Shown: piece by piece, positions 62,681 to 64,000 of the stretch
Layout: each line of letters opens with the position of its first letter
How positions within the stretch are numbered: position 1 is the stretch's first letter
IMG/VR virus record: IMGVR_UViG_3300010280_000442
Location: 1-64,000 of that record
Reading direction: 5' to 3' (one strand)
Source of the DNA: a virus
Lineage: Duplodnaviria > Heunggongvirae > Uroviricota > Caudoviricetes
Length of the DNA stretch: 64,000 bases
Program-made: the position numbers and the translations under genes
The notes under the pieces: generated by a model
The model's input: only the letters and a program-made list of their open reading frames with translations
What the model was told of the DNA's origin: nothing
Databases searched by the model: none

Positions 62681-63222
62681 GCTCCTTCACATATGGTACG
62701 GAAATGCGAAGCGTCGGAAGCATGGCGCGACGTCAAGCCAAGCTGCATTTCCACGGCTTTCTCGATCTCACATATCTTAGACGCACTGACCGTACCCACA
62801 TAATTCTTGAGGGCTCCTTTCCCAATAGTCGTCAGCTGCTCCGCCAGCACCATTGAAGGCTCAAGGTTTGCGCAGTCAGCATCAGACAGGGAAACATGCG
62901 TCGGCAGATGTCTCTTTTTCATCTTGGAGGTCAGCGGGATAACCGATAGTATATCTGAGTATAAATTGCCGATATCGTTGCTCATAATAAAAGCCGGCCG
63001 GCACCCTTCCTGGACGCTTGTCCCCGGATGCTCTCCCAGCTCTGCGAACCAAATTTCCCCTCGATGCGGAGTAACACCAACATGCTCTTCCTGACCAGCT
63101 GCCGTTCCCTGAATGACAGGACTTTTATGTACCTGCTCCGGCTTTTTTGCTATCAATCGTTTGGGATTCGTCCGCATCTTTCTCGAATATGCGGACCTCT
63201 TCCGCTTGTTCTTCCTGCCCAC
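62677..63222 (-). CDS. MazF/PemK-like toxin-fold protein with ~70-aa basic N-terminal extension; no adjacent MazE-like gene
   Basis: PemK core GEIWFAELGEHPGTSVQEGCRPAFIMSNDIGNLYSDILSVIPLTSK. N-terminal GRKNKRKRSAYSRKMRTNPKRLIAKK. Start probably GTG after RBS GGAGGT. Confidence 0.55.
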   Translation of the reverse strand: MGRKNKRKRSAYSRKMRTNPKRLIAKKPEQVHKSPVIQGTAAGQEEHVGVTPHRGEIWFAELGEHPGTSVQEGCRPAFIMSNDIGNLYSDILSVIPLTSKMKKRHLPTHVSLSDADCANLEPSMVLAEQLTTIGKGALKNYVGTVSASKICEIEKAVEMQLGLTSRHASDASHFRTICEGA

Positions 63223-63437
63223 AACTCTCACCTCCATGTATTACTGCAAAAGAAAAAGCCAGAGTCCGCCAGCATCCCATCGGATGCTGTGCAACTCCAG
63301 CTATGTAAGAAGGGCTCTTCTGCCCTCCGCCTCTTGGCATTATAAAATATACACCCGTTTCCACTCAAAAAAACAGTAGGAAAAGTACCATCTTATCAAT
63401 CGAAAGTAACAGGTTATGGCGATGAAGTACCTGATTT

Positions 63438-63923
63438 TTATAATATTATCTGCCCCATTAACTCGTCTGCTTTGATTGCATACGCATATGCCTCTGGACT
63501 AGCTTTCCTTAAATATTTCAATGATGTCATGTCTGGTCTAGTAAAACGTTTCGTAAGGTATGGGGTAAAGTCATATACTTGTTCAAACTTCGCATCATTC
63601 ATGACACATGCGACAAAATACATGACTTTTGCAGCTCTTACTGCAGCAACTTCCGGACTATAATTTTCAGCATAAATGTGCGACCTCAAATCCCTAATCC
63701 CCTTTACATACAAAGGATATTCCTCCGAATTGACCTTTCCCCGCGATGCAATACAAAGTGCGGCATAATATGTATCAGCAAGAGCATCTTGGGGCTGGAT
63801 GCTACTGCCCCTGTAACTGATCTCCGACGCAGCAACTTTATAGTATGTATCGGAGACTGCTTCTAAATCAGAGAACGCCTCCAGCAGCGAACACACATCG
63901 TACATCTGCTTCATTACCTCCAT
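63438..63923 (-). CDS. hypothetical protein, low GC (cargo-like)
   Basis: 161-aa AT-rich ORF with no recognisable motif. Confidence 0.35.
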   Translation of the reverse strand: MEVMKQMYDVCSLLEAFSDLEAVSDTYYKVAASEISYRGSSIQPQDALADTYYAALCIASRGKVNSEEYPLYVKGIRDLRSHIYAENYSPEVAAVRAAKVMYFVACVMNDAKFEQVYDFTPYLTKRFTRPDMTSLKYLRKASPEAYAYAIKADELMGQIIL

Positions 63924-64000
63924 ATCTTTACCAGCATTCAGCGGTATCCCAGTAGTATGTGGCGCAAATGCCGTCAGCTTATCTCCAAGTATACAGTCTA

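Noticed and set aside
1-64000. Search for tRNA, rRNA, CRISPR repeats or obvious att core repeats
   Set aside because: No cloverleaf-like tRNA candidates, rRNA-like sequences or short regularly spaced repeats were seen by eye; att sites probably lie outside the window (left of coordinate 1 and right of 64000).

Overview
This window is almost entirely one temperate siphovirus-type prophage (HK97-fold capsid) in a moderately high-GC Firmicute/Clostridia-like genome. Nearly every backbone gene is on the minus strand. Reading the minus strand from about 63.9 kb down to 1, the order is: a replication module (iteron-rich putative ori at about 59.9-60.2 kb, prim-pol/D5-type primase-helicase at 60251-62680 and a MazF-like gene); an early/accessory region of more than 20 small genes (41-52 kb), most of them preceded by a copy of one conserved ~90-bp promoter unit; a cluster of 2 amidoligase-like and 2 AIG2/gamma-glutamylcyclotransferase paralogues with a DUF4314 gene; two orphan DNA methyltransferases (a long C5 enzyme and a ParB-N6/N4 fusion) and a MetK SAM synthetase; candidate regulators with repeated Zn-ribbon motifs, a SymE-like gene, an HNH endonuclease and a type III ToxIN-like TA locus; packaging genes (TerS, TerL, portal); a head module (ClpP-like protease, HK97 major capsid, connector proteins) with an inserted PAPS-reductase-family gene; and a tail module (tail assembly chaperone with -1 frameshift extension, 1857-aa tape measure, Dit, Tal, 1430-aa fibre with a C-terminal SGNH esterase). 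Lysis genes (holin, LysM protein, three-module endolysin) and three tandem large serine recombinases (plus a fourth next to an AAA ATPase) close the left end. The most unusual feature lies between the tail chaperone and the tape measure. It is a plus-strand array of three defence/addiction cassettes (Abi-family, Phd-RelE, Fic), each with its own promoter and each followed by a direct-repeat copy of the 3' end of the chaperone gene plus the same terminator hairpin. A second TA pair (AbrB-PIN) sits between the tape measure and Dit. The major tail protein gene survives only as a 51-codon N-terminal remnant translationally coupled to an SPFH/band-7 protein. I found no tRNA, rRNA or CRISPR array.
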